From Octopus vulgaris (lineage: Eukaryota), in contig OX597821.1 of NCBI GenBank assembly GCA_951406725.2, positions 63,860,001 through 63,924,000 on the forward strand: DNA of 64,000 nt, written 5' to 3'. Each line of letters starts with the position of its first letter. Positions within the stretch are counted from its first letter, which is position 1. Shown in pieces: positions 39,844 through 53,430 of the stretch. A program made the position numbers and the translations under genes. Below the pieces are notes generated by a model, which had not been told where the DNA came from, did no database searches, and saw only the letters and a list, made by a program, of their open reading frames with translations.

Positions 39844-41134
39844 ATCAACAAAGCAATTTGCATTATCATAATATCATTCACAACACGAGTAACACTAGTC
39901 GTGAAAATAAATGAGTCGTTCCTACACAAAACGTGTGTTCACCTTCATGTACATAAGTACGTATAAATATTCTTGATGATATACTTCGTGACAATAATCG
40001 AACTAAAGACTCTCACTGTACTGAATCCGCTGCTCAAACATATTGGTATATCAATATCCAATCCGGTGAAGCCAACTGCTCTCTGCAATAACCTCATTTT
40101 CGGAATTTTGCATGGGCAATGGCCAGCGAGGGATTTTCTCTTTGTCATTATCTTCGTCATGCGTGTGCGCGCGTGTGTCGAGGTTCATAAATTATCTTAT
40201 TCAGGTTGCTATGGTGGTGAGTAATAAAGGTTACTTTATAGCTAATGATTTGGGGACCAAGACGAAAGTAAATAGGTAAGTTTTTTCTTACACACATGCT
40301 TCCATTCGCATACCCACATCTGTATATACATATTTGTATGTACATATTTGCGATAATGAATTTATTTGATTTACTATAATGATAATTATAATCAGATATA
40401 TTGGTGTTTATGATATTATTTAAAGGTTTGATATCTTTTATACTTCATAATAGCTTGAAATGGGAAACTTTAATTATGTATTCAAGATGTGTAGTTTATG
40501 TCAAAAGTATATTTTCAGAAAAGGTACGCCAGTGCTCCTAACAGGTTTGTTCCTTTCGTAAGAATTAATTGAAAAAGGACCACCTTAGTGATGCTGTTGT
40601 TGTTCTTGTAATTGTTTAACGAGTGATTGACAATGGTTGAATAAATCTTACAGTCAAAGACGCACGAATCGTGACATTTCATTCATAATGTATTTAAGAT
40701 AATTTTACACAACTGGAGTATGATATAAAAGACATGCTGTTGCTAATGTTAGTAAGTCGAGCAACTACGTAGCGGTTTCGTAATTCCTGGCACTATACGA
40801 CGTATTGTTTCTATTTTCGCAATAAAATATCATAAAATATTTTAACGTCTTCTTTCGAGAATTTTATGCTAGTTCCATCATAAACATGCATAACCAGTCC
40901 GTCTGGCATTGTCCTCTACCGCTAGGATCAATCATTGAGTTCGGAGATCTAGTTTACTCCGTTTGAACCATCGTTGGTGTCTTAGTTTGACATGGTGAGG
41001 GACACGGACAGCGCCCCTGTGCCCTTGTTTGAACAGATCTTGTTTTTAGTTCTGATGGGTGCCCTCACACATTCCTCCAAGTTCCAGGAATCTGAACCAA
41101 GAGGGGAGCCGATTTAGTCGCCGACGACCCGACC

Positions 41135-41389
41135 GTGACTGAGAGGAGCGAGAGTACATGGTTACCCATTGTCTCTAGGAAGGGACCTCGGCATCATTCG
41201 GAAGCTGAACGACAAAGGAAAGTGGAAAAGAAACGACAAGTAAGAAAATGGCGGCTACAACAACCAAAGCCTCCACCACAGATCCATTGTGAACTTTGCA
41301 ACACACACTCCCATGCAAGAATCGACCTTCGTCATGAGAGGCATAAACACGGACAGAGAGGAAGGAGTGGTCAAGAAGAAACCAAATAA
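41135..41389 (+). mobile_element. RTE-type LINE ORF2 C-terminal remnant with zinc finger
   Basis: STWLPIVSRKG..SEAERQRKVEKKRQVRK..HCELCNTHSHARIDLRHERHKH resembles the RTE C-terminus (W..V..G..E..R..KR..RK..CxxC..SRIGLxSH). Confidence 0.7.
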
Positions 41390-42012
41390 ATTATCGGCCT
41401 GCGGTAAAATGCCAACGACGAAACATGCAAACAATATATTTAGCTTGAATTCACTCAGGTTCAGTTTTATCCTCAAGTAAGCGACTTACGTTCCCTTCTA
41501 AATCAAAATCCAAACACAATCACCAGTATCACATCACATTTATTTAACTCTTCCTTTTCTCTTGGAAGAAGATTACACTTTTCTTTACTGTGAATAGATG
41601 TCAGAATCGTTAGCACACCGGGGAAAATGCTTAGTGGCATTTCGTCCGTCTTTACGTTCTCGGTTCAAATGTTACCAGGGTCGACTTTGCCTTTCATCCT
41701 TTCGAAGCTGATAAAATAATTACCAGTTGAACATTGAAGTCGACTTGGGCCCTTCAGCTCTTGTGTCAAAATTTTAAGACAACGTTATGAGTTATAGGAA
41801 GAAACTGTAATAAATGTATTGAATACCTAGCTCATAGTTCTTGAATTTTTTGAAAATTTCATTTGATGTACAAACATTATAGATATACAATTAAAGAAAT
41901 GAAATTTTTAGCTATATGGAATATGTATATAATCTGAAAATGCCCTCAACATCTGGCATTTATGTCTGACAGCAATCAGTATTCAAGTATTCAAATGATA
42001 TATTATTCAAGG

Positions 42013-42074
<62 letters not shown>

Positions 42075-42331
42075 TGTGTATGTTTATATATATATATATA
42101 TGCACGCACATATGTATGTATGTGTACATATACACAAATCTGCATATACATATATATATATAAATATACATACATATATGGATACATATATATATATATT
42201 ATAAATATATATATATATATATATAAACATCATGTGTGCTTATGTATATGTGGTGTGTCTATGTGTTCACAACTTTGAACAGGTGCATATATAGATGTCT
42301 CTGAGTGTGTGTGTTTATATATATGCGTGTA

Positions 42332-42383
<52 letters not shown>

Positions 42384-42669
42384 TATATGTGTGCGTGTGT
42401 AACTGTTGTGTGAGTGTATAGTGAACTCAAAAATCACTCTTTCGAAAATATCTAGAATTTCAATAAAAAAAAGATGAGCACATTCATACAACTTTTTTTT
42501 TAATGAATACAAAAGAACAAGACCTGGAAATGCAAAAACATCTGGTTTTTCACTTAAGAGCATTGACCACTACAAGAATTTGACCACATTAATACGAAAA
42601 TCGTTTGTCTGTCCTTGTTTGTCCCCTCGGTGTGTAGCCTTTTGTGGGCAGTAAAGAAGTAAGAAATGA

Positions 42670-44003
42670 CGTTTGGAGACAGCAAAAAAGGAACGCTCAC
42701 TTGCAAACTGATTACACTAAAGCAGGAGCTAAAAGCTGTTAGTGAAAGACTCCGACATGAGAAGATAATAACCGAGAGAAGAAAATTAAACAAAAAATTT
42801 AACCGCAACCAGGCAGAAGTATACAGAGACATGAGAGGATGAACGATAAATATCACGGAACCTCCTTCGTGAGAAGACATAAACTCTTTCTGGAGGAAAA
42901 TCCGGATCGAAGAGAAGGAATTTAACCAAGATGCTCTGTTGATGGAAGAAATCCGAAAGGCTATTTCTCCTGCGTTACATCCAAGACATATAACGTTGAT
43001 GGTGAAACTCTTGCAACTGAGATCAAGAAACTCCAGGATGGAAAAGCACCTGGAAGAGACTTGGAACAAGAAGCTAACATTCTACCGACTATATCTTATC
43101 AATCTGTACCAGCAAGCTTTCATCGGGAACAGTAGCATACCACACTGGTTAGCCCTGGCAGAGACAAAATTGTTTCCCAAATGCAGAACCACCCACATGG
43201 CAAAAAACTAACAGCCAATTGCATGCCAGAACTTAATATATAAGACATATACAGCATGTTTAAACCTCTTCCTCCAATACCATTGTGAAACCAATAACAT
43301 TGTCACAGCAGAACAAGCAGCTGAGAATGAGGGAGTCTGGGGATGTGGCGAGCAATTGTTAATCAACAAACTGTGATGTCAGAGGTGCGAGAGCATAGGA
43401 GAAACCTAGTTTCAATGTTGCTATACTATAAGAAAGCCTTTGGCTCTGTTCCCCACTCATAGATGCTTGAAGCCCTTCAATTTGCTAAAGTTCCAGTGAG
43501 CATAATCAAAGCCAAAGCTAATCTGAATTCATCATGGCCACCATCTTGAAATTAAACACAAAGAGCGACTGTATTATCACCGATAGAATACAATATCGCA
43601 AAGGCATATTCCAAGGAGACAGCCTCTCTGTGATGTTGTTTATACTTTCTGTAAATCCCTTGTCATTCATGTTAAGGAAGTGTGAAGGATATCTCACTGG
43701 TTCACAAAGAAATACCAAAAGGACAGTTTGTTCGTGGATGACTTAAAACTTTATTCCAAGAATATGCATGAGATAAAAAAGAGCCGTGACCTAATTACGA
43801 CATTCTTAAAAGATGTAGGGTTGGAGTTTGGCCATGATAAATGTTGTTACATGGTTGTGGAAAGAGGGAAAACTATAAACCAGACTATTGACATCTCCAT
43901 TAAGGATTTGACTCTTTCCCCTGTATCTGATGAGGAATGTTACAGGTATCTATGGGTGGAGGAAAATATATCTTACAATGGCACCTGTAACAAAACAATA
44001 ATA
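42670..44003 (+). mobile_element. Decayed R4/Dong-like non-LTR retrotransposon RT region
   Basis: KAPGRD, PHWLA..TKLFPK, PIACQNLIYK, GCGEQLLINK, YKKAFGSVPHS, KGIFQGDSLSVMLFILSVNPLS, LFVDDLKLY, GLEFGHDKC and YRYL, with stops and frameshifts. Confidence 0.92.
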
Positions 44004-45205
44004 AATACTTCGTTTAAAAACGAAGTCCTGAGGTCGATTTGTTCGGTTTATACCCTGCAAGGTGGTGCTCTAGCATGGCCGCAGTCAAATGATTGGCACA
44101 AGTAAAAGAATAACAAAATAAAAGAATGTGTGGGGGGTATATGTGAATATGTGTGTATATGTGTCTTCACACTTGCGTGTTTATATCTGTGTGTATGTGT
44201 AAGTGTGCGAATATCGGCATATGTGTGTATGTGTGTCTGCATTCGCGCATGTGTGTGTACGCGTGCGTGCGTTTCCGTACATGTCTGCATTTTTGTGTAC
44301 GTGTATCTGCATGCGCGCGCGCGAGTGCATATGTGCGTTATGTGTGTATGCATACGCTCACGCATCTATGTGCCTGTGTATTCATCTGTGTATATGTGTG
44401 TATATTATGTGTCTGCTTGCGCGGGCGCGCGCGTGTCTGTGTGTGTGCTTAGTTTCAGCTTAGTTTTTTTTAGCTGGAGATATATATTACGATCGTAAAT
44501 GCATCCATTTAGATAATTATGCATTGATTCTATATTTACATCCATTGTCTCGCAAAAGATAAATGAGGGCCTCCTGTGCTACAAAAGATATTTGAAAACA
44601 CAATAAAAAATATTTTCTGAAACCATAAAAAAACAAAACCCATCATATTTCAATTGACAATATAGAAGGTTAGACATCCTGCCTGGAAAAGACGTAGGCG
44701 TGGTGATTTAGAATTTCCTAAAAGTAAGGAAGTTAATGCTGCATTTCAATCATTTCTGTGACTTCTTGTATTTTAATTCTAGAATCTCGTTACCATAATT
44801 GAAAAAAAATTGAAGAATTCTAAAGTTACACATATGTTGTAAAGCACTTAGCTTTAATCATTATTAAAATCTTGTAGGCGGCGACCTGGAGATAGCTTTT
44901 CGTTATTTCTTCTAGATTTTTACATTGCGAGTTCAATTCCTATGTGGTCGAGTTTGTTTTTAATCCTTTCCGAGCCGATAAAATAAGTAGTAGTAGTAGT
45001 AGTAGTAGTATCACCATCATGATCAAGACGGAGAGCTGGCAGAATCCTTAGCACGCCGGACAAAATGATTAATGTCTACTAAGCCGATGTAACCGAATAT
45101 CCACTTACCGATAACTTTAGACATTGTGCTTATAATACAATATAATGGCGGCGGCGCCAGCAGCAGCAGCAGCAGCATCAGCAGTAGTAGTAGTAGTAGT
45201 AGTAA

Positions 45206-45251
<46 letters not shown>

Positions 45252-45369
45252 GGTGGTGGTGGTGGTTTTTTTGGCGGCGTTGGTGGTGGTGGTGGTGGTG
45301 GTGGTGGTGGTGGTAGTGGTAGTAGTTATACATGTCGATTACATATCTTGTGAGGTTTTTTTACACCAC

Positions 45370-46060
45370 AGGAGTGTTATCGGTAGCAACCAAGGGAACT
45401 GATGATTTATTTCATGAGCACAATATTTTTACTTAGGTGTCTTGAGGTTCATGATAATCTAATATTTCTGTTCGAATTTCAGTATTAGTTTTCTCCAACA
45501 TTGAAGTTATTCCTTTGATCACTTTACCAAACATGAGTTCCACTATCGGCAAAAATTAATCATTTGTTTCTTGTTCACCATTTTTGCAACTTTTTGCTGA
45601 TCTTTGTAATTTCCAATATTTTTTTTATTCGTCCTCACGTGCTCACACATTCTTTTGTTACTCAGAAATATTACTATATCAATTACTGTGCAATGTCTTT
45701 CTCTCTCATTAACGACAACAATGCCTGGTCGTCTTTCCTCAGTCAATGAAGGTTGTAATCCCTCAACAACATAACGACCACATTTTCTTTCACGATATTA
45801 AGCTGATGTTCGTACCACCCATCACTTCTTTCCCAATTATATATTTATATTCACACTCTTTCCAATGAACAATGAGTAAAATGCTCCGCTCTATCATTTT
45901 TTTTTATTCTCTGCGTGCAAGATGGCTGCGATCGCTGACTTCGTTGTTACTGCTTTCATTTTTTGTTTAGTATGAAATCTACATACCGGTGATTCAAAAT
46001 ATAAAATTACATCAGAATTTACGCCGCATGTTCAAAGTACTGTGACTTGTGCTTTAAGGA
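45370..46060 (-). mobile_element. R4/Dong-like 3' remnant with restriction-like endonuclease domain
   Basis: WYEHQ..VKEN..LLRDY followed by RRPGIVVVNERERHCTVIDIVI..KKNIGNYKD (degenerate R-PD-(x)-D...K..KY RLE motif). Confidence 0.7.
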
Positions 46061-46366
46061 TTAACTATGCAGTTTCAAATGTTACCTATTTTCCATTCCA
46101 TTCTATGGCCCTTTTTTTATCGGCATTACAATAATTATCATTATTACAACTACCATTATTATTATCTTCTTTCAATTTTGCTACCGTTTCTTGCCGTGTG
46201 CCTTCTCGACACCTAGCGCAAAGAGACTCACGGTATGCATTGGTAGGTCATCAAAATAAACACACCTGACTGTTCATTTACAAAGTTACGTGATAGAAAA
46301 AAGGGAAAGAGAGAAAGAAAGAAAAGAGAAGAAACTAAAATATAGGGAAAAAAGAAAAAAGAAATC

Positions 46367-46426
<60 letters not shown>

Positions 46427-46645
46427 CATTATTATCAAAGTGGCAAGCTGACAGAATGGTTGGTGTGTTGGAACAAATGCTAAGCGGTATTTCCTCTACC
46501 GCTACGTTCTGAGTTCAAATTCCACTGTGGTCGACTTTAACTTTCATCCTTCGAGTACCAGTTACTCACTGGAGTCGATTACATCGACTTAATCCCTTTC
46601 CCCAAATTGTGCTTTCATTAGAAATTATTATTATTATTATTATTA

Positions 46646-46701
<56 letters not shown>

Positions 46702-47782
46702 TAGACGGCAAGCTGTCTGAATCTTAGCTCGCTGAACGAAATGCCTAGCGGTATTTCGTTTGCCGCTACGTTCTTATTTCAAATTCTTCCGTAGTCGACT
46801 TTGCCTTTCATCCTGTTGGAGTCGATAAATTAAGTTCCAGTGAAACACTGATGTCGATGTAATCGACTAGACCCCTCTCCCAAAATGTCATGCATTGTGC
46901 CTTTAGTAGAAAGGATCACTATTATTATAATCATCATCATCGTCTTCGTCAGCGGCGGTGGCGGCGTCATCATTGACTATTGCTGTGAGCTGATATATCT
47001 TAGCCCAGCTTTGAGAATTTTGAAATTGTTTCCTAGTGACATTAAATGAAGAATATCTCCTCTAAGATAATTTTCGACATGTAACCTCCTGAGTACATGG
47101 CTGGTCTGCTCTACGTTAAGGGAGACACAAGATCTCTCGTTTAAGGCGATGATTTAATTATATTTTCTGACATGTAATGACCTCTTGTCAGAAGAATACC
47201 ATCTGAAAAAGTGAACATAAGTATAATTATACCAAAAACAAATATAACATGAAATAAAGGCGAATAAACAGAACCTTGATATAGGAGCTGAGCAGTGTAC
47301 AAAGAATATTTGTTGCCAAAGTATAACAACGTTACTTCTAAGAATTTGAATGATACTGTTATCAAAAGGAGAAAAATACACACACACATAAATATAAATT
47401 TCGCAAAATTAAAGCAAATGTTTTCATGAGTAAATTTGTTCTTTCGATTAACAAGACTGAAATTGTTTGAGATTCTTTCGCTAGCGTTACTAGCTGTGCG
47501 GGAGAGTAACTAAGTATGCCAAAGCGAAGACTAGCAACTACATCAAAGCGGAATATTCGCGAAGGAAAATATCTAATTAACTGCAGTCCCAGACCAAGCG
47601 CAGGAGCTTTTCTTGTTCTCTCAAAATAAAGGAAGTAATCCTGGGAGAAATGCGATATGAGATAGTTCCTCTATTGTTTGGAATAGGGCATAGAGATCCG
47701 TATACCTGGTTTTCAAAAGTGATGTCAAGGCGGGAAAATAAGTCGGTCTGCTGCTGCTTATATGTTTTTAAACGATAAACTT

Positions 47783-48068
47783 CGCCCTTTTCAAGTCTAG
47801 CCAGGTTCATTGGCTCGGTTTCCCGTTTTCTGTGGCACATGTGTTCCCCACCCCCAGCTGGACGGGACGCCAGTCCATCGCAGCATTACTCAAGAAACAG
47901 GAAGAGAGATTGAAAAAAAGTTGTGGCGAAAGAGTACAACAGGGCTCGCACCCTTCCCCCTGCCGGTGCCTCGTGGAGCTTTTAGGTTTTCGCTCAATAA
48001 AAACAAACAGCTCCCGGTCTGGGAATCGAAACCGCGATCCTCCGACTACTGGGCCATTGCGCCTCTAC
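47783..48068 (-). mobile_element. SINE family C2
   Basis: Reverse-complement match to 11066-11347. Confidence 0.88.
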
Positions 48069-49185
48069 ATATATGTTTTTAGTTGTTCTATAATACATAG
48101 AACGAGGCAGTATGAAAATTGCAGCGAAGGACCCTAGTTCGTTTGGAGGAAGGAGAGATTTTTTCTATTTTCTATTTTTGTTACTCTCATTCCAGGATTT
48201 ATCTGAATGATATGAAATGCGGAGTGCTTATGTCATGTGAAGCTTTATTAGGAACGAGGGTTTATGTTGCTACTCTTTTTATTGCGATGTTTTCTGTAGT
48301 GTTCTTACTTTTGTTGCTGTTACTATTGTCCCTGCTTTCGCAGCTGCTGTTGATGTTACCATAATGCAGTCGGTGTTTTCTTATTCATGTTATTGTGACT
48401 GCATACCGTTGTTAGCGTCCTTGTTTATCAGTGTTGAGAGGTGGGTAGTAGTGTGGAGACGGGTCTATCACTTCATCGGTGCTACAATCAGAAAATCCTT
48501 AAAATTACTTGATTTCTGGTACCAAACATGTGAACATTGGCCTCATCCCCTCTACCCTTACCATTTAACTGATTCCATTTGGCAGATCGAATATTTCGGA
48601 GATAACTTCTATGTCCTCTTGGTTCGTTTGGATTTATAAAAAAAAACAAAGACAGTTCCCTCCCTGTGCCGTTTAGTTTTCTTAGCGCATTTGGTGATCC
48701 TTCAAGATTACACAATTTTTGGCATCAGGTAAACAATCGACATCAGATATTTATCTCTGGTGCCACATCTAGCAACCAACATTTGCAACTCGCTTTTCCA
48801 TATATAACGAACGAATTTAAATTGGGCAATTGAGTGCTTTCCCGCTTCGAATTCAGGAACAAATTTAACATCAGTTCTGCGAAATTACTTCCCTTGCGAG
48901 ACGATTTCGCTTTTTCTTACCCTACGAGGCTTCAGAGAACTATCTACCCGCCTTCGTCTTCATATGTTTACCTGCCAACCCTGCTGTTCGATGACATGGC
49001 TGAGTGCCACTATGTTTACTCTAGATTCGCTTCGTTTTAGGAATGAATTTTCTTCTTTACGCTTTCCCCTTTGCAGCTGAACTCCTTCTGTGATTCGAGC
49101 AGCGTCAGCAAAAGATCCTCTTGTTTTAACTGAATCGTTATACTGCTAACTCTCTTTAGTGTTACAACTGTTAATGTCTTTGACA

Positions 49186-49695
49186 TTGGTGGTGGAGGTG
49201 GTGGCGGTGGTGGCGAGAGTGGTGAGAGTGGTGATAGTGAGGGTGGTAGTGATGCTGGTTATGGTGGTGGTGGTGGTGGTGGTGGTGGTGGTGGTGGTGG
49301 TGGTGGTGGTGGTGTTGATGGGGTGGTAATGACGGTGATAGTGGTGGTGGTGGTGGTGGTGGTAATAGTGGTAGTGGTGATGGTGGTGCTGATGGTGGCA
49401 GTAATGGTGGTGGTGGTGGAAGTGATAGTGGTGGTAGTGATGGCGGAGGTGGTGGCGGTGGCGGTGCGGTGGTAGTGGTAATGATAGCGGTGGTGATGTT
49501 TGTCGATATGGTGATGGTGGTGGTGGTGCTAGTGAATTGTGAGTTAGTGATCGCGATGTTCGTGCTGATGGTATTGATGGTGGTAACTGACGGTGGTAGT
49601 GACGGTGGTGTTGTTGTTGTTGCTGTTGGTGGTGGTGATGGTGGTGGTGGTGTCGGTGATGGTGGTGGTAGTAATGATGGTGCTGACAGTGGTTT
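49186..49695. repeat. Degenerate (GGT)n microsatellite
   Basis: Direct reading; similar tract at 45150-45325. Confidence 0.95.
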
Positions 49696-50280
49696 TAATC
49701 GTATCAACATGACTGCGTGGCTTTGGCCTGTCGTTAGTGGTGCTGATGCTATAATTTTCATTATTTATGTTGTTTCTGCAACAGATGTCAACGTTGCTGC
49801 TTTTGGATTTTGGCATTAATGTCACGTGTTGCTGTGGTTGTCAGGATATTGTTTGGCAGGATATTGTTTCGTTTTTCTAATTTTCTTCACTGCGTGACAT
49901 GTGATTGTTGTTGTCGTTGTTGTTGTTGCTGCTGCTTCTATCGTACAGCTATGATGTTTCTTTCATGGTGAAAGAAATGAGACAGTTATAGAAAATCATT
50001 CTCGTAATCGTTATCTGAAAACATATACCATCTATCAGCACTGACGTGTTTGCTTTTGTTTATCAAAAGCAGTTTGATTTCGAGGAAAACGTTGACAAAT
50101 TTACACCTGATCGAAAAACACAAAGGGACTGATAAGTTCTTCAGGATCTTATTAGTTAAGGAACAAAATGGAACAGAAGATTTGTAAGACGAGGTTTTAA
50201 GACACAGTTAAAACAAACAAGAATACATAAGTAATTCTGACTCAGAGGCGTCTTACGAATACAATACCGTAATAACAACA

Positions 50281-50510
50281 GTTTCTATATTTAAGAGATG
50301 AGGAATTATGTACTTTATTTACATTATTTACAGTCGACGGATATTTGTCTTCATCTTGTTTGTTGTTAACACAACGTTTCGAATCCAGGTTAAAAATTTC
50401 CCAAAGACACCTGAAGAAGGCCGGAGAGTATATCAGCTGAAATGTTGTGTTAACAACAAACAAGATGCGGACAAATATCCGTCGAATGTAAATAATGTAA
50501 ATAATGTAAG
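50281..50510. mobile_element. Family D tail as an inverted pair with short TSD
   Basis: Minus copy 50281-50381 with terminal tail, plus copy 50382-50509 without tail; taacaaca at 50273-50280 and 50511-50518. Confidence 0.85.
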
Positions 50511-50809
50511 TAACAACAAAAGTAGTAATAATAGTAATAATACTTTTATATAAATTTTGTCTCATAGTCAGCAATGCGAGAGATGGGGAAGTCGATTACA
50601 TCAACCCCAGTACTTAGCTGGTTACTCATTTTAGCGAACCCGAAAGGATAAAAGACAAAGTCAGCCTCGGTAGAGTTTGAACTCAGGACATAAATACGCT
50701 AAGCCTTTTGGCCGGCGTGCTAACGATTCTACCAGATCAGTACTTTAATAATGGACCAAATGCCGCTAAGCATTTTGCCTGGCATAGTAACGATTCTTCT
50801 AAGCACTTT

Positions 50810-50823
50810 AATAGTAATAATAA

Positions 50824-50865
<42 letters not shown>

Positions 50866-50973
50866 AAGAAGAAGAAGAAGAAGAAGAAGAAGAAGAAGAA
50901 GAAGAAGAAGAAGAAGAAGAAGAAGAAGAAGAAGAAGAAGAAGAAGAAGAAGAAGAAGAAGAAGAAGAAGAAG
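50810..50973. repeat. (AAT)(AGT)n(AGA)n compound microsatellite
   Basis: Direct reading. Confidence 0.97.
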
Positions 50974-51344
50974 GAGAGTACCCAGGCAGCGCAAACCTTC
51001 ACCAAGGCAACACCAACATCCTCTCAACGATTAGTCGGAGATGATTTTTAAAATGAGAATATCTGAAATAAACTCGACTACTCTCACAAACGAGAGAGAA
51101 TAATAAAAATAAACCCGACCGCTCACAAAAATTATGCAAAAAAAAAGACCGGAAAATAATCCAAAATCCTTGTCCGGTACCGGACTGATCCCAAAATTTA
51201 ATCAGTTTGTGCCACTCACGCGGCTAAACATTCCTGAACGTTTTATCCGAATCCATCCGGCGGTTCTTGAGATATCTTGTCCACGGACAAACAAACAGAC
51301 AGACAAACAAACACGACTGAAAACAATACCTCCTCTAATACGGA

Positions 51345-51350
<6 letters not shown>
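50974..51350 (+). mobile_element. Non-autonomous Helentron/DINE-1-like element
   Basis: 5' gagtacccaggcagcgcaaaccttcaccaaggc; near-3' (CAAA/CAGA)n microsatellite; 3' hairpin tacctcc...ggaggta, which is also partly complementary to the 5' subterminal motif. Confidence 0.65.
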
Positions 51351-51403
<53 letters not shown>

Positions 51404-51409
51404 TAACAA

Positions 51410-51748
51410 CAATGCTGTGACCTCCTTCAGTCATGACTGACAATGGGATTGCTCCTAGAAAGTTACCCCTCCCCCAGGCACATGTCCGGGCAAGGTTGTT
51501 TTACGGAACACCAGTAGTCGCCCATGCATACCAGTCTCCCCTCTCCACGTCACCAGTGTTATCCAAGGGAAAGGCAAGGGCCGATACAGCTTGGCACTTG
51601 TGACGTCGCAACTCATTTCTACAGCTGAGTTAACTGGAGCAGCGTGAAATAAAGTGTCTTGCTCAAGAACACAACACGCAGCCTGGTCTGAGATTCGAAC
51701 TCACAACCACACGATCGTAGGCTCGACGCTCTAACCACTGAGCCATGC
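51410..51748 (-). mobile_element. SINE with head 1 + tail Y
   Basis: Head and central block match 5871-6015, but the 3' half is unrelated to tail X. Confidence 0.85.
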
Positions 51749-51780
51749 AATAACAACAATAATAATGATAATAATAATAT

Positions 51781-51840
<60 letters not shown>

Positions 51841-52061
51841 CCTTTCTGCTATAGACATAAGGCCTGAAATTTGGAGGAGGTGGATAGTCGATTACTTCAA
51901 TCCCTGTGTTCAACTGCCACTTATTTTATCGAAACCGAAAGGGTGAAAGGCAAAGTCTGACCTCGGTGGAATTTGAACTCAGAACGTATGTCGTTAAGCA
52001 TCGTATTTTGCTCGGTGTGCTAACGACTCTGCCAACTCGTCGCCTTAATAATAATGGTGAC

Positions 52062-52099
<38 letters not shown>

Positions 52100-52939
52100 G
52101 GAGGAGGAGGAGGAGGACAATTGTTTCAAATTTTGGCAAAAGGCCTGCAAAACTATGAAACGGGAGTTGATCGATTACATCGACCTCAGTTATTCAGTGT
52201 TATTGCTGTTGTTGTTGTTGTTGTTTTAGTTCGTATCTGCATTGGGATGTTTTCATTATTATTGAAATCATCGAAGCAAAAATTGTTTTGGGAATCGGGG
52301 ATTGTTAGTGAGACTATAAAACATTTTCAAGCTTTCTATATACTTTTAGCAAGATTCGTAGAAAATGTTCTGATTGAATCGCGGCGAGAATACTTACGCT
52401 TTGATTCTTATTATTTTTAAAAGAAAAGCGGGCTTTGATGTGTAGATCTAATGTTTTATAGATCTGAAATTTTTCAGTGTTTATAGCGCCATATATAATG
52501 TTAAAACACTTGTAAAAAAACATCGATAGAAGCAGAATCTATATAATAATCAGATATAGGCATTTGGAAACTACAAAATTCTTTACACAATGGCTGATCT
52601 AACAATGAAAGCATTATAGAAAATAAAATATATAATTCAACGTCGTAAAATAATATCTGTTATTGAACAAATATAATCTCTATAAGAAATTGCTCTAAAA
52701 GATATCTCCAATAAAACAAAATAGCCATTATGAAATAAAATAATATATCTACTTTGAGATTTACCAGCAGTAATAAAGCTAAAGAGCTGCACGAGACGAC
52801 GAAGAAGCATCCACGTGATTGCTTGACCTGCTATAAATTGCAATCTTCTGCAGATCACATAGTACTGTCTTTAGTAGAGAATGTTTCCCAAGATTTAGAA
52901 AAAGACGAGCAGACCAAGGTTTCAACACATTTGATAATA

Positions 52940-53172
52940 ACTATTTCTTTACTACCCACAAGGGGCTAAACACAGAGAGGACAAACAAGGACAGACAAAC
53001 GCATTAAGTCGATTATATCGACCCCAGTGCGTAACTGGTACTTATTTAATGGACGCCGAAAGGATGAAAGGCAAAGTCGACCTCGGCGGAATTTGAACTC
53101 ACAACGTAACGGCAGACGAAATACGGCTGCGCATTTCACCCGACGTGCTAACGTTTCTGCCAGCTCGCCGCC
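52940..53172 (-). mobile_element. SINE family B long-tail copy
   Basis: TSD tttgataata at 52930-52939 and 53173-53182. Confidence 0.9.
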
Positions 53173-53247
53173 TTTGATAATATCTCTTCTTGACTACACT
53201 CAACAACGACTATACTAAATCCACAGCCTTAGCAATAGCAACAACAG

Positions 53248-53430
53248 TGGAGGCGCAATGGCCCAGTGGTTAGGGCAGTGGACAGGCGGTCGTAAGAACG
53301 CGGGTTCGATTTCCAGATCGGGCATTATGAGTGTTTATTGAGCAAAAACACCCAAGGTCCACGAGGCTCCGGCGGGGAATGGTAAATCCGCTGTACTCTC
53401 TCACCACAAATTTCTCTTACTCTTTCTTCC
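53248..53430 (+). mobile_element. SINE family C2, 3'-truncated
   Basis: Matches 11066-11250. Confidence 0.8.

Noticed and set aside
39945-40224. Overlapping ORFs in unique sequence as a host exon
   Set aside because: No recognisable motif in any frame examined.
49171-49825. Pro/Thr/His-rich mucin- or extensin-like ORF
   Set aside because: Degenerate (GGT)n repeat open in several frames, with no domain or splice support.
50708-51044. Poly-Arg / poly-Glu ORFs
   Set aside because: (AGA)n microsatellite between repeat elements.
52754-52969. 71-aa ORF as a coding exon
   Set aside because: No recognisable homology, weak donor, and it runs into a SINE.
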